Below, piece after piece: positions 12,038-19,960 of a stretch of 32,000 bases of DNA (within the stretch, counting starts at the first letter, position 1; each line of letters opens with the position of its first letter). The stretch spans positions 4,710,001 through 4,742,000 of the forward strand of contig NZ_LN831024.1 in the NCBI RefSeq assembly GCF_001457615.1, read 5' to 3'. Position numbers and translations under genes: made by a program. The notes beneath the pieces were generated by a model, which did not search any database, was not told where the DNA came from, and worked only from the letters and a program-made list of their open reading frames with translations. The stretch is from Pseudomonas aeruginosa (lineage in GTDB: Bacteria > Pseudomonadota > Gammaproteobacteria > Pseudomonadales > Pseudomonadaceae).

Positions 12038-12311
12038 GGTAATTTTGGTAATTCGTTTTCAGAACTGCCATTTCATCCTTTAAATTCAATAGCTTACAGA
12101 AGCTTTTTAAAGGTAATAATAGGGTAATTTTGAGGTAATCGAATTACCTTTGTGCTGGGTAAGCTCGCCGATTTATGAACCCCTTATAAATCAATGGCTT
12201 ACAAAAAAATTACCTTTCCAATTACCCTAAATTACCTTTCAAGGTAATTGCTGAAAGCCAGTAACCACGCGGCATACAGCCCGCTTAGAACCCCAAATTA
12301 CCGAAATTACC
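12038..12311. repeat. Array of 12 GGTAAT(T)/AATTACC heptamers in both orientations
   Basis: Plus orientation at 12038, 12047, 12112, 12123, 12134 and 12243. Minus orientation at 12142, 12208, 12220, 12230, 12296 and 12305. The extended 11-mer AAATTACCTTT occurs 3 times exactly. The region is AT-rich and non-coding. Confidence 0.85.
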
Positions 12312-12491
12312 TTTTTCCGAGGGGTCAACAGAAAAACGCCCCCAGGAAGGCCCCTTGCCGCCCTCAGAAAAGGGCCTCTGGTGCAGGGATTCGCAGGGAT
12401 TTCCGAGTTCGGAAATCGGAAGGTAGCGCCCAGCCTGGGCCGTTGGCGGCGCTGTGCAGAAGTGCAGAAAAAGAGGTCTATTTAGAGCGGA

Positions 12492-12510
12492 GGCGTGGCG
12501 GGGGGACGAC
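12492..12510. other. Candidate cos (cohesive-end) site
   Basis: GGCGTGGCGGGGGGACGAC. Its first 12 nt equal the 186 cohesive end as I recall it (GGCGTGGCGGGGAAAGCAT); the P2 end is GGCGAGGCGGGGAAAGCAC. Short tandem repeats and a palindrome flank it. Confidence 0.45.
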
Positions 12511-12645
12511 TGCGCGCGCCGAGCGGAATTGCGCAAAAACCATTCATTTTTCCTTTAAAATGGCATTTCTCGATAGAGAAAGCTGATTGGCGCCAACCGG
12601 TGGTTGTAGGCGAGATTTGAGCTGTGATGGGTGACAGGAGGTCCC

Positions 12646-13371
12646 ATGCCGTTAAGCGCTGAGGAGCAGGCAATTTGCGATGGCGCCATCGCGTTCGCCA
12701 GAGCGAACAAGAAGTCCATTGCAAAGCGGCTAACAAGCCCCCAGATATATGCTCGAGAGGAAAACCCCGTGTCAGTTTTCATGGCCGGGTCCCCTGGAGC
12801 AGGCAAGACAGAAGCCTCGATCGAACTCCTGTCTCAGTTCGACGAGATCGGGTCAAAGGTTCTACGGATCGATCCAGACGAATTGCGGTCTGAGTTCGAA
12901 GGGTACACGGGAGGGAATTCCTGGCTGTTCCAACCTGCCGTCTCTATTTTGGTAGAGAAGATTCATGATTTGGCCCTGGATCAGCGACAGTCATTTCTCT
13001 TGGACGGCACGCTAGCCAACTACGAGATAGCAGAGCGGAACATCCAGCGATCCTTGCGCAAGGGCAGGACTGTGCTAATCCTGTACGTGTACCAGCGGCC
13101 TGACCTTGCATGGGAATTTGTCCAAGCTCGAGAGCGAGTAGAGGGAAGAAAAATCCCGATCGAAGAGTTTGTGAGACAGTATTTCGCGGCGAGAGACGTC
13201 GTGAATCGGCTCAAGCAACGCTTCGGAGGGTCGATAGAGGTGGATCTGCTGCTGAAAAACAACGACGGATCCCACCGTGTTTACGAGGCGAACATAGACC
13301 GGATTGACAGCCATGTCCCCGAAACCTATGATCGCGCGTCCCTTGAGCAGATGCTTTTACAGCGAGGCTAA
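12646..13371 (+). CDS. Zeta-toxin-like P-loop kinase (prophage cargo)
   Basis: ATG at 12646 after AGGAGG. Walker A is FMAGSPGAGKTE. RIDPDELRSEF and LLDGTLAN are collinear with the IDGDxFRxxH and EGTLR motifs of zeta/PezT. G+C looks lower than the flanks by eye. Confidence 0.75.
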   Translation: MPLSAEEQAICDGAIAFARANKKSIAKRLTSPQIYAREENPVSVFMAGSPGAGKTEASIELLSQFDEIGSKVLRIDPDELRSEFEGYTGGNSWLFQPAVSILVEKIHDLALDQRQSFLLDGTLANYEIAERNIQRSLRKGRTVLILYVYQRPDLAWEFVQARERVEGRKIPIEEFVRQYFAARDVVNRLKQRFGGSIEVDLLLKNNDGSHRVYEANIDRIDSHVPETYDRASLEQMLLQRG

Positions 13372-13379
13372 GGATTGAA

Positions 13380-13538
13380 ATGAGCATTTTTACAGTGAAA
13401 AAGCCGGGCACAACCACGAAATTCTCTGAATTCGTTCGTAACGCGTCTTCCGAAGAGAAGAAGCGTGTATACAAAGTCGTGATGAAGAAATCCACCGAGC
13501 GCCAATGCAAGGTGCTAGCAGCAGCTGCTGCAGGCTGA
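13380..13538 (+). CDS. 52-aa hypothetical protein, operonic with the zeta-like gene (possible cognate partner)
   Basis: Hand translated as MSIFTVKKPGTTTKFSEFVRNASSEEKKRVYKVVMKKSTERQCKVLAAAAAG. AAGGA lies 5 nt upstream. It starts 8 nt after the upstream stop and is followed by a strong terminator. Confidence 0.5.
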   Translation: MSIFTVKKPGTTTKFSEFVRNASSEEKKRVYKVVMKKSTERQCKVLAAAAAG

Positions 13539-13553
13539 ACTCAAAGAGATTCG

Positions 13554-13585
13554 AAAAAGCCCTCATCAAGTGAGGGCTTTTTTTT
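13554..13585. terminator. Bidirectional rho-independent terminator
   Basis: GCCCTCA (13559-13565) pairs with TGAGGGC (13571-13577) around a 5-nt loop. It is followed by a T8 run and preceded by an A5 run. It lies between the convergent cargo operon and the portal gene. Confidence 0.85.
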
Positions 13586-13661
13586 GCCTCGCGCAAAAGC
13601 TCGGTAGATCAACGGAGCGAAGGCAGGCCCAAGGCAGTGAACCTCACAACCTCCTCCCCGA

Positions 13662-14663
13662 TCAGCTCATTGACCTGCTGCAGGCGCGCCTGCATTGGCT
13701 CCAGTTCCAGGCTGGCCCAGACCACTGCCGCGTCGCTGATGGATCCGAACCCACCGGCGTTCTGCGGCACCACCCCATCAGCTGCGGATAGACCCGTAGG
13801 CCGGCGAGCTGGTCGTCGCGGCTGATGTTCTTGATCGAGCCGAACTCGTCCTTGGCCGCCACCTCGCTGACCGGGATCAGTTGGATCCCCTCCTTCTTCC
13901 CGTTCGGCGCGTAGACGAACAGGTTGCGGAAATTGCCAGGCCCCTTCGCAGTCTTCAGCGCCGTGCGCAGCGCGTCGATGTCTTCCTCATTCTGTGCGGC
14001 GTCGGTCATGTAGAGGATGAAGCCGGCGTGGCTCCCGTTGTTGTAGTACTTACGCCGGAACAGCGTGGCCGACTCGTTCAGCAAGGCGCTCTGCAAAGCG
14101 CAATACCACTCCGGTACCCCGTAGATTTCTTGGCTGATGTCGGCCTCGCGCAGCTGGATCACGCTGCCCTTCTCGAATTCGTGCTCATCCTTCCAACTGC
14201 GCACCTGGTAGAACGTCTCCAGATCGGTGCCGCGGCGCATGTACTTGGCCAGCGGCGCCTGCAGCGGCATCCGCGTACCCAGGCGAGAACGAGGCTGCTC
14301 GAGGTAGGCCGAGCCGAATGTCAGCCAGTCCAGGGAGAACTGCTCGAACGTCGCCCGGCTGAGCAGGCGGTGCGGGATGAAGGTCTTGGCCAGCATGTTG
14401 CGCTTGAACTTCAGACCCGACTGCAGGTAAACGCTCGACCCCACCGCCTTGGCCAGCCCCTCCATGGACAGCGGCGGCTCGTACCACCGCCCGTTCGACC
14501 AGCACTCGAGATAGTCGAGGATGCCCCGGCCGTCGAGCACTGGCATCGGGTCACCGAAGGTGAAGGCCTCGGCACGGCCGCCCTGGCGCGGGATGAACTC
14601 GCCTTCCTGGGCGGACTGGACTGTAACCGGCTGCTGGCGGCGGTGGCTGCGACGTTTGCTCAT
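13662..14663 (-). CDS. Phage portal protein (P2 gpQ family); C-terminus apparently frameshifted
   Basis: Track ORF with P2 gpQ-like sequence and position. After ...YPQLMG the frame turns into a Cys/Trp/Arg-rich tail. The adjacent frame continues with a typical portal C-terminus down to 13609 (see findings). Confidence 0.85.
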   Translation of the reverse strand: MSKRRSHRRQQPVTVQSAQEGEFIPRQGGRAEAFTFGDPMPVLDGRGILDYLECWSNGRWYEPPLSMEGLAKAVGSSVYLQSGLKFKRNMLAKTFIPHRLLSRATFEQFSLDWLTFGSAYLEQPRSRLGTRMPLQAPLAKYMRRGTDLETFYQVRSWKDEHEFEKGSVIQLREADISQEIYGVPEWYCALQSALLNESATLFRRKYYNNGSHAGFILYMTDAAQNEEDIDALRTALKTAKGPGNFRNLFVYAPNGKKEGIQLIPVSEVAAKDEFGSIKNISRDDQLAGLRVYPQLMGWCRRTPVGSDPSATRQWSGPAWNWSQCRRACSRSMS

Positions 14664-16423
14664 CAGAAAATCTCCATGCGCCCGGTATTCGCGGGGGTCT
14701 GCCCCTCGAGCGGCTCGTTCTGCAATGCGTGGAATAGCGCCCAGGCCAGATCGGCGTGGCCGGTGTTGTCGTTGCGGCCGGCGGTATAGGTGAACTGGCG
14801 CCCACCGGCCGTGATGGTCTTGCGGATAGCCATCAGCGCCTGGGCCAGGTCGGTCCAGCCGGCGTCGAATTCGAGGCGGCCGTTCTTGATCACCGACCAG
14901 GCCTTCATGACCAACTGCGTCTTCACCTCGGGCGAGTAGCTGAAGGTGCGCACCCCCGGGAAGAACTGGCGCACCAACTGCGCGACGCCAGACCCCATGC
15001 CGGTGGTGTCGACGCCGATGTAGGTGACCCAGTAGCGCTGGGTCACCTTGCGGATGAACTCGGCCTGCTCGGCGAAGTCCTTGCCGCGGAACTGATGGCG
15101 CTCCAGCACGCGGAACTTGCCGCCCGGTACCGCCGGCGGCGCCACCACCACCAGACCCGCGGTGTCGCCCGTCTCGGCGGGGTCATAGCCCAGCCACACC
15201 TGGCGATCACCGAACGGCCGCAGCGCGAACGGCTTGTAGTCCTCCGACCACAGATCCCAGCTATCGACCATGCACGGCTGCAGCATGGTCAGCGGGAAAA
15301 TGCTCGCGCCGTCGTCGACGAACTGGCACATCAGCAGGTTCTGGAAAGCCTCGGCGTCATACTCGAGACGCAGCTCGTCGATGTCGAACAGGTCGCAGCC
15401 ACGGGCCTCGGCATCGAGGATCGTGACGATCTGGCGCCAGATGCGGTCCTCGCACAGTCGCCCTTGCTGCAGGGCGTCATGACTTACGTCGATCTTGATG
15501 CGATCGGCGGCCGGCTTGCCCTTGTTGAAGCGCTCGCCAGTCCAGAATGTGTAGGCCTCATGCGCCATCGAGCTGGGCGTCGAGAAATAGGTCCGCCGGT
15601 AGCGCTTCTGCATCGCCATACCGCTGGCGACCTTGTTCAGCTCCTTGAACTTGAACGTCCAGAAGAACTCGTCGAAGTAGAAGTTACCGTGGTAGCCCTG
15701 GGCAGTCCGCGCGTTGGTACCGAGGAAGTGCAGTTCCGCACCGTTCGGCAGGATGATCGGGTCGCCCTTCAGTTCGACACCTACCGCATCGCGCGCGAAG
15801 GCCTGGATATACGCCTTGAAGATGTGCGCTTGGGCCTTGCTGGCCGACAGGAATATCTGGTTGCGCCCCGTTTCCAGCGCGTCGATCAGCGCCTCGCGGG
15901 CGAAGTAGAACGTGGCGCCGATCTGTCGCGACTTGAGAATCACGCGGGTTCGCTGATTACCCGCGCGGTACCAGTCTTTCTGGTAGTCGAAGCAACCGTC
16001 GAGGAAGGCCTCGACCAGTTTCTCGGTCAGTTCCTCGCTGATGTCGTTGCGCTTCGGTTTGCGCTTGGGACCTTCGTTACGCTTGGCAAGCTCGGGGTTC
16101 AGGTCGGTTTCCGTACCACCGCCCTGGTAGCGCTGGATCCGCGCCTGGCGCTCAAGCTGCCGATGCAGCAGGTCGATTTCCTTGTAGTCACCGCCGGTCT
16201 TCCCGTCCTTCAGGATCAACTGAACCAACCGGGCTTCCAGGGCGCCCCCGATCCGTTCTACGCTGTCTGCCCGGTCCCATCCGTCGCGGTCCTTCCATGA
16301 GTGAAGGGTCTTGTCCTTCTCGCCCAGGTGGTCGGCGATGTCGCAGACACGCCAGCCCATCCAGTACAGGAATTTGGCCTGGCGGCGATTGTCACGGATG
16401 GGAATTTCGACGGCAGCGTTCAT
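14663..16423 (-). CDS. Terminase large subunit (P2 gpP family)
   Basis: Track ORF 14663..16444; I prefer the ATG at 16423, with a GTG at 16444 as the alternative. Its stop overlaps the portal start (TGATG). Size and position match gpP. Confidence 0.85.
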   Translation of the reverse strand: MNAAVEIPIRDNRRQAKFLYWMGWRVCDIADHLGEKDKTLHSWKDRDGWDRADSVERIGGALEARLVQLILKDGKTGGDYKEIDLLHRQLERQARIQRYQGGGTETDLNPELAKRNEGPKRKPKRNDISEELTEKLVEAFLDGCFDYQKDWYRAGNQRTRVILKSRQIGATFYFAREALIDALETGRNQIFLSASKAQAHIFKAYIQAFARDAVGVELKGDPIILPNGAELHFLGTNARTAQGYHGNFYFDEFFWTFKFKELNKVASGMAMQKRYRRTYFSTPSSMAHEAYTFWTGERFNKGKPAADRIKIDVSHDALQQGRLCEDRIWRQIVTILDAEARGCDLFDIDELRLEYDAEAFQNLLMCQFVDDGASIFPLTMLQPCMVDSWDLWSEDYKPFALRPFGDRQVWLGYDPAETGDTAGLVVVAPPAVPGGKFRVLERHQFRGKDFAEQAEFIRKVTQRYWVTYIGVDTTGMGSGVAQLVRQFFPGVRTFSYSPEVKTQLVMKAWSVIKNGRLEFDAGWTDLAQALMAIRKTITAGGRQFTYTAGRNDNTGHADLAWALFHALQNEPLEGQTPANTGRMEIF

Positions 16424-16469
16424 GGCGCAGATGCTGCCGCCCACCCTCGCCCCTCAGTAGCGCCGCCCC

Positions 16470-16490
16470 TTGTAGCTCCGCGCTCTACAA
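16470..16490. promoter_or_regulatory. Late-promoter dyad TTGTAG-N9-CTACAA (Ogr-type activator site candidate)
   Basis: Perfect 6-bp inverted arms in the divergent gpP/gpO intergenic region. The same dyad type recurs at 23467 and 28633. Confidence 0.5.
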
Positions 16491-16578
16491 TCCCGCTTGA
16501 TTGCTGGGCCGCGCGCGCGTCCCGAACATGCCCCTCATTGCCATGCACCCCGCATCAGCCGCATTGAGGACTCCCGGC

Positions 16579-17400
16579 ATGAAGAAATTCCGCAGCAAAT
16601 GGTTCCGCATCGCCGTCGAAGGGGCGACCACGGACGGCCGCAACATCGAGCGCGACTGGATCGAGCAGATGGCCGCGCAGTACGACCCGAACACCTACGG
16701 CGCGCGGATCAACTGCGAGCACATCAAGTGGGCATGGCCGGCTGGTGAGTTCGGCGCCTATGGCGACGTGCTGGCGTGCAAGGCGGAAGAGATCGACATC
16801 AACGGGCAGAAGAAGCTCGCCCTCTTCGCCCAACTGGAGCCCAACCAGGCGCTGCTGGAACTGAACAAGCAGCGGCAGAAGGTCTACACCTCGGTCGAGA
16901 TCGATCCCAAGTTCGCCGACACCGGCAAGGCCTACTTGGTCGGCCTGGCCATCACCGACTCACCCGCCAGCCTGGGCACCGAGGCGCTGTCTTTCAGCGC
17001 CAAGAACGGGACCCTCGCCAGCCGCAAGACCAACCCCGACACCCTGTTCAGCGCTGCCGAAGAGGGCACCCTCGAGTTCGAGGAATACGAGGACAAGCCC
17101 TCGGTCGGCGCAGCGCTGTTCACCAAGGTCAAGGAACTGCTCAAGGGCAAGGAAGCCCGCACCCAAGCCGAGTTCGGCCAGGTCGGCGAGGCCGTCGAAG
17201 CGATCGCCGAGCACAGTCGCGACCTGGGTGAGCAACTCGGCGAGCAGAAGAAGCAGACCCAGCAACTGGCCAGCCAGCTGGACAAGGTCACCAAGGAACT
17301 GGAGGACCTCAAGAGCACCCTCGATAGCACCCGGGACCACAGCCAACAGCAGCGGCCCCCGGTCACCGGTGGCGGCAGTGTCGCCCTGACCGACTGCTAA
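16579..17400 (+). CDS. Capsid scaffolding protein (P2 gpO family)
   Basis: The ATG at 16579 gives MKKFRSKWFRIAVEGATTDGR. This is collinear with the P2 gpO N-terminus, and the later YTSVEIDPKFADTGKAYLVGLAITDSPASLGTE matches too. Confidence 0.9.
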   Translation: MKKFRSKWFRIAVEGATTDGRNIERDWIEQMAAQYDPNTYGARINCEHIKWAWPAGEFGAYGDVLACKAEEIDINGQKKLALFAQLEPNQALLELNKQRQKVYTSVEIDPKFADTGKAYLVGLAITDSPASLGTEALSFSAKNGTLASRKTNPDTLFSAAEEGTLEFEEYEDKPSVGAALFTKVKELLKGKEARTQAEFGQVGEAVEAIAEHSRDLGEQLGEQKKQTQQLASQLDKVTKELEDLKSTLDSTRDHSQQQRPPVTGGGSVALTDC

Positions 17401-17435
17401 CCGTCCCCCGCCCCGGTATCCAAAGGAAAAGCACC

Positions 17436-18452
17436 ATGCGCAACGAAACCCGCAAACAGTTCGACGCCTACCTGGCGCAGCTCGCCAAGCTCAACGGCGT
17501 GAACTCCGCCGTCCAGACCTTCGCCGTCGAGCCGAGTGTCCAGCAGAAGCTGGAGCAACGTATTCAGGAGTCCAGCGAGTTCCTGAAGCAGATCAACGTC
17601 TACGGCGTCGACGAGCTGCAAGGCGAGAAGATCGGCATCGGCGTCAGCGGCACCATCGCCAGCCGTACCGATACCACCGGCGACGGTGTACGCAAGCCGC
17701 GTGACGTGTCCGCGCTCGACAACCAGCGCTACGAGTGCAAGCACACCGATTTCGACACCGCCATCACCTACGCCATGCTCGACGCCTGGGCCAAGTTCCC
17801 GGAGTTCCAGGCCCTGCTGCGCGACGCGATCCTCAAGCGCCAGGCCCTCGACCGCCTGATGATCGGCTTCAACGGTACCAGCGCCGCGGCTACCACCAAC
17901 CGCGCCGCCAACCCGCTGCTGCAGGACGTGAACATTGGCTGGTTCCAGCAGTACCGCAACAACGCTCCAGCACGGGTACTGAAGGACGGGAAGACCGCCG
18001 GCAAGGTGGTAGTCGGCAACGGCGCCGACGCCGACTACAAGAACCTCGACGCCCTGGTGTTCGACGTGGTCAGCAGCCTGATCGATCCCTGGCACCGCCG
18101 CGACCCGGGCCTGGTGGTGATCCTCGGCCGCGAGCTGGTCCACGACAAGTACTTCCCGATGGTGAACAAGGACCAGCCGGCAACCGAGAAGATCGCCACC
18201 GACCTCATCCTGTCGCAGAAGCGCATGGGCGGCCTGCCGCCGGTGGAAGTGCCCTACGTGCCCGAGAAGGGCCTCATGGTCACCACCCTGAAGAACCTGT
18301 CGCTCTACTGGCAGATCGGCGGTCGCCGCCGTTACCTGAAGGAGGTACCGGAGAAGAACCGCATCGAGAACTACGAGTCCAGCAACGACGCCTACGTCGT
18401 CGAGGACTACGGCCTCGGCTGCGTGGTCGAGAACATCGAAGTCGCGGAGTAG
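17436..18452 (+). CDS. Major capsid protein (P2 gpN family)
   Basis: MRNETRKQFDAYLAQLAKLNGV...EKIGIGVSGTIASRTDT...VENYES...VVEDY is collinear with P2 gpN. Confidence 0.92.
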   Translation: MRNETRKQFDAYLAQLAKLNGVNSAVQTFAVEPSVQQKLEQRIQESSEFLKQINVYGVDELQGEKIGIGVSGTIASRTDTTGDGVRKPRDVSALDNQRYECKHTDFDTAITYAMLDAWAKFPEFQALLRDAILKRQALDRLMIGFNGTSAAATTNRAANPLLQDVNIGWFQQYRNNAPARVLKDGKTAGKVVVGNGADADYKNLDALVFDVVSSLIDPWHRRDPGLVVILGRELVHDKYFPMVNKDQPATEKIATDLILSQKRMGGLPPVEVPYVPEKGLMVTTLKNLSLYWQIGGRRRYLKEVPEKNRIENYESSNDAYVVEDYGLGCVVENIEVAE

Positions 18453-18457
18453 ATGAC

Positions 18458-19159
18458 ATGGCCTTCAGTCCCGCCAAGGCGCACTTCCTGCGCGTGACCG
18501 CCGCTCAAGAGGCGGCGGCCACTGCCCCGCACCAGGGCATGGAAGGCGCGAACGCCTATGAGCTGCAGCTCGCCCAGCTGTATCAGGATCGCAGCCGCCT
18601 GAAGAACATCCAATCCGGCGAAGGCAAGGCAGCGCTCAAGGTCGAGCTGCTGCCGGCCTACCAGCCGTACATTTCCGGTGTGCTGCAGGCCGGCAAGGGC
18701 GCCCAGGACGAGGTGGTCACCACTGTCATGCTCTGGCGCATCGATGCCGGCGATTACGCCGGTGCCCTGGACATCGCCGACTACGTGCTCGCACACGACC
18801 TGGTCATGCCCGACCGCTTCGCGCGTACCTCCGGCTGCGTCATCGCCGAAGAGATCGCCGAGGCCGCGCTCAAGGCACAGAAGACCGGCGGCAGCTTCGA
18901 CCTTGCGACCTTGCATCGCACCCTCCTGCTCACCGACCAGGCCGACATGCCCGACGAAGCCCGCGCGAAGCTCTACCTCGCCGCCGGCCATGCCACCCTG
19001 GAAGGCCTTTCTGTGGAGAGCCCCGGGCAACCCGGGCAGGTGCAAGCCGGCATCGATCTGCTCAAGCGCGCGATCCAGCTGCACGACAAGTGCGGCGGGA
19101 AGAAGGATTTGGAGGCCGCCGAACGGCTCCAGAAGAAACTGACCGCCTCTGGCGGTTGA
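18458..19159 (+). CDS. Terminase small subunit / endonuclease subunit (P2 gpM family)
   Basis: Internal ATG of track ORF 17735..19159. GKGAQDEVVTTVMLWRIDAGDYAGALDIADY and ADMPDEARAKLY match gpM motifs. Confidence 0.85.
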   Translation: MAFSPAKAHFLRVTAAQEAAATAPHQGMEGANAYELQLAQLYQDRSRLKNIQSGEGKAALKVELLPAYQPYISGVLQAGKGAQDEVVTTVMLWRIDAGDYAGALDIADYVLAHDLVMPDRFARTSGCVIAEEIAEAALKAQKTGGSFDLATLHRTLLLTDQADMPDEARAKLYLAAGHATLEGLSVESPGQPGQVQAGIDLLKRAIQLHDKCGGKKDLEAAERLQKKLTASGG

Positions 19160-19262
19160 CCGAGCGTACCCCGCGCCCCGCCGGCTCGGGGCCGATCTGC
19201 CAGGTCCTCTCCTTCCTGAGCAGTGACGCCCCGACCACCGGCGACCTCAAGCGAGCAGCAGC

Positions 19263-19724
19263 ATGAGCGGATTCATCGCCAACGGCCCGGTCCCAGGCGG
19301 GCACATCAACAGCGATCCCTTCTGGCCCACCATAGAGCTCGAGCATGTGCGCGCGAACCTGCGCATCGACTCCAGCGTCGACCCGGCGCGCCTTGAAGTC
19401 GCGGTCATTGCCGCGGTGATCAGCGTCAACCGCGAGCTGCGGGCCTGGCGCCTTGAGAAGATCGCGGCCGGCTATGCCGAACTCGCCCAGGTGCCGTCCG
19501 ACAAGGTGCGGGACACCTCCGAACTGGTGCAGCTGTATCTGCGCGCAGTGCAGTCTGCCACCGCCGCCGAAGTGGCCGAGCGCTACCGCTGGTACGACAC
19601 CACCACCAGCGGCAACGACAAGGCCCAGGACATCGCAACCACCATCGACGACTACCGCCGCGACCAACGCTGGGCGATCCGCGACTTTCTCAAGCGTCCC
19701 CGCACGACGGTGGAGCTGATCTGA
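19263..19724 (+). CDS. Head completion/stabilisation protein (P2 gpL family)
   Basis: Position after gpM, 153 aa in size, and gpL-like sequence. Confidence 0.8.
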   Translation: MSGFIANGPVPGGHINSDPFWPTIELEHVRANLRIDSSVDPARLEVAVIAAVISVNRELRAWRLEKIAAGYAELAQVPSDKVRDTSELVQLYLRAVQSATAAEVAERYRWYDTTTSGNDKAQDIATTIDDYRRDQRWAIRDFLKRPRTTVELI

Positions 19725-19936
19725 TGGCCGCCGTCGCGATCGCCCACCAGAACGACACCGTCGAGGCGCTGTGCTGGCGGCACTACGGTCGCACCGCCGG
19801 CGTGACCGAGGCGGTCCTCGAGGCGAACCACGGCCTGGCCGACCACGGCCCCACCCTCCCCCCTGGCCTCAAGGTCACCATGCCGGACATTCCGACAGCC
19901 GCCCCGGAACGGCAGATGGTGAACCTATGGGACTGA
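19724..19936 (+). CDS. Tail protein X (P2 gpX, LysM-like)
   Basis: 70 aa, with a TGATG overlap onto gpL. DTVEALCWRHYGRT...VLEANHGLA is the gpX signature. Confidence 0.85.
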   Translation: MAAVAIAHQNDTVEALCWRHYGRTAGVTEAVLEANHGLADHGPTLPPGLKVTMPDIPTAAPERQMVNLWD

Positions 19937-19960
19937 CCACTTTGCAAGGAACCACCCCGC

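Noticed and set aside
12038-12311. I considered whether the heptamer array is a CRISPR array or a MITE.
   Set aside because: The units are only 7-11 nt, irregularly spaced and in both orientations, with no spacer-like unique segments of constant length. No terminal inverted repeats or target-site duplication are visible.
11798-12586. Track ORFs in the att-to-cos region: 11798..12127(+), 11823..12089(-), 12248..12586(+) and 12285..12536(-).
   Set aside because: They have no RBSs. They run through the tRNA 3' end, the repeat array or the cos-like site, and their translations are low-complexity. I treat the region as non-coding cis-acting DNA.
17735-19159. A 474-aa ORF spanning the capsid 3' half and gpM.
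   Set aside because: Only the part from the ATG at 18458 matches terminase small-subunit sequence. The upstream portion overlaps gpN in another frame and reads as low-complexity R/P/G.
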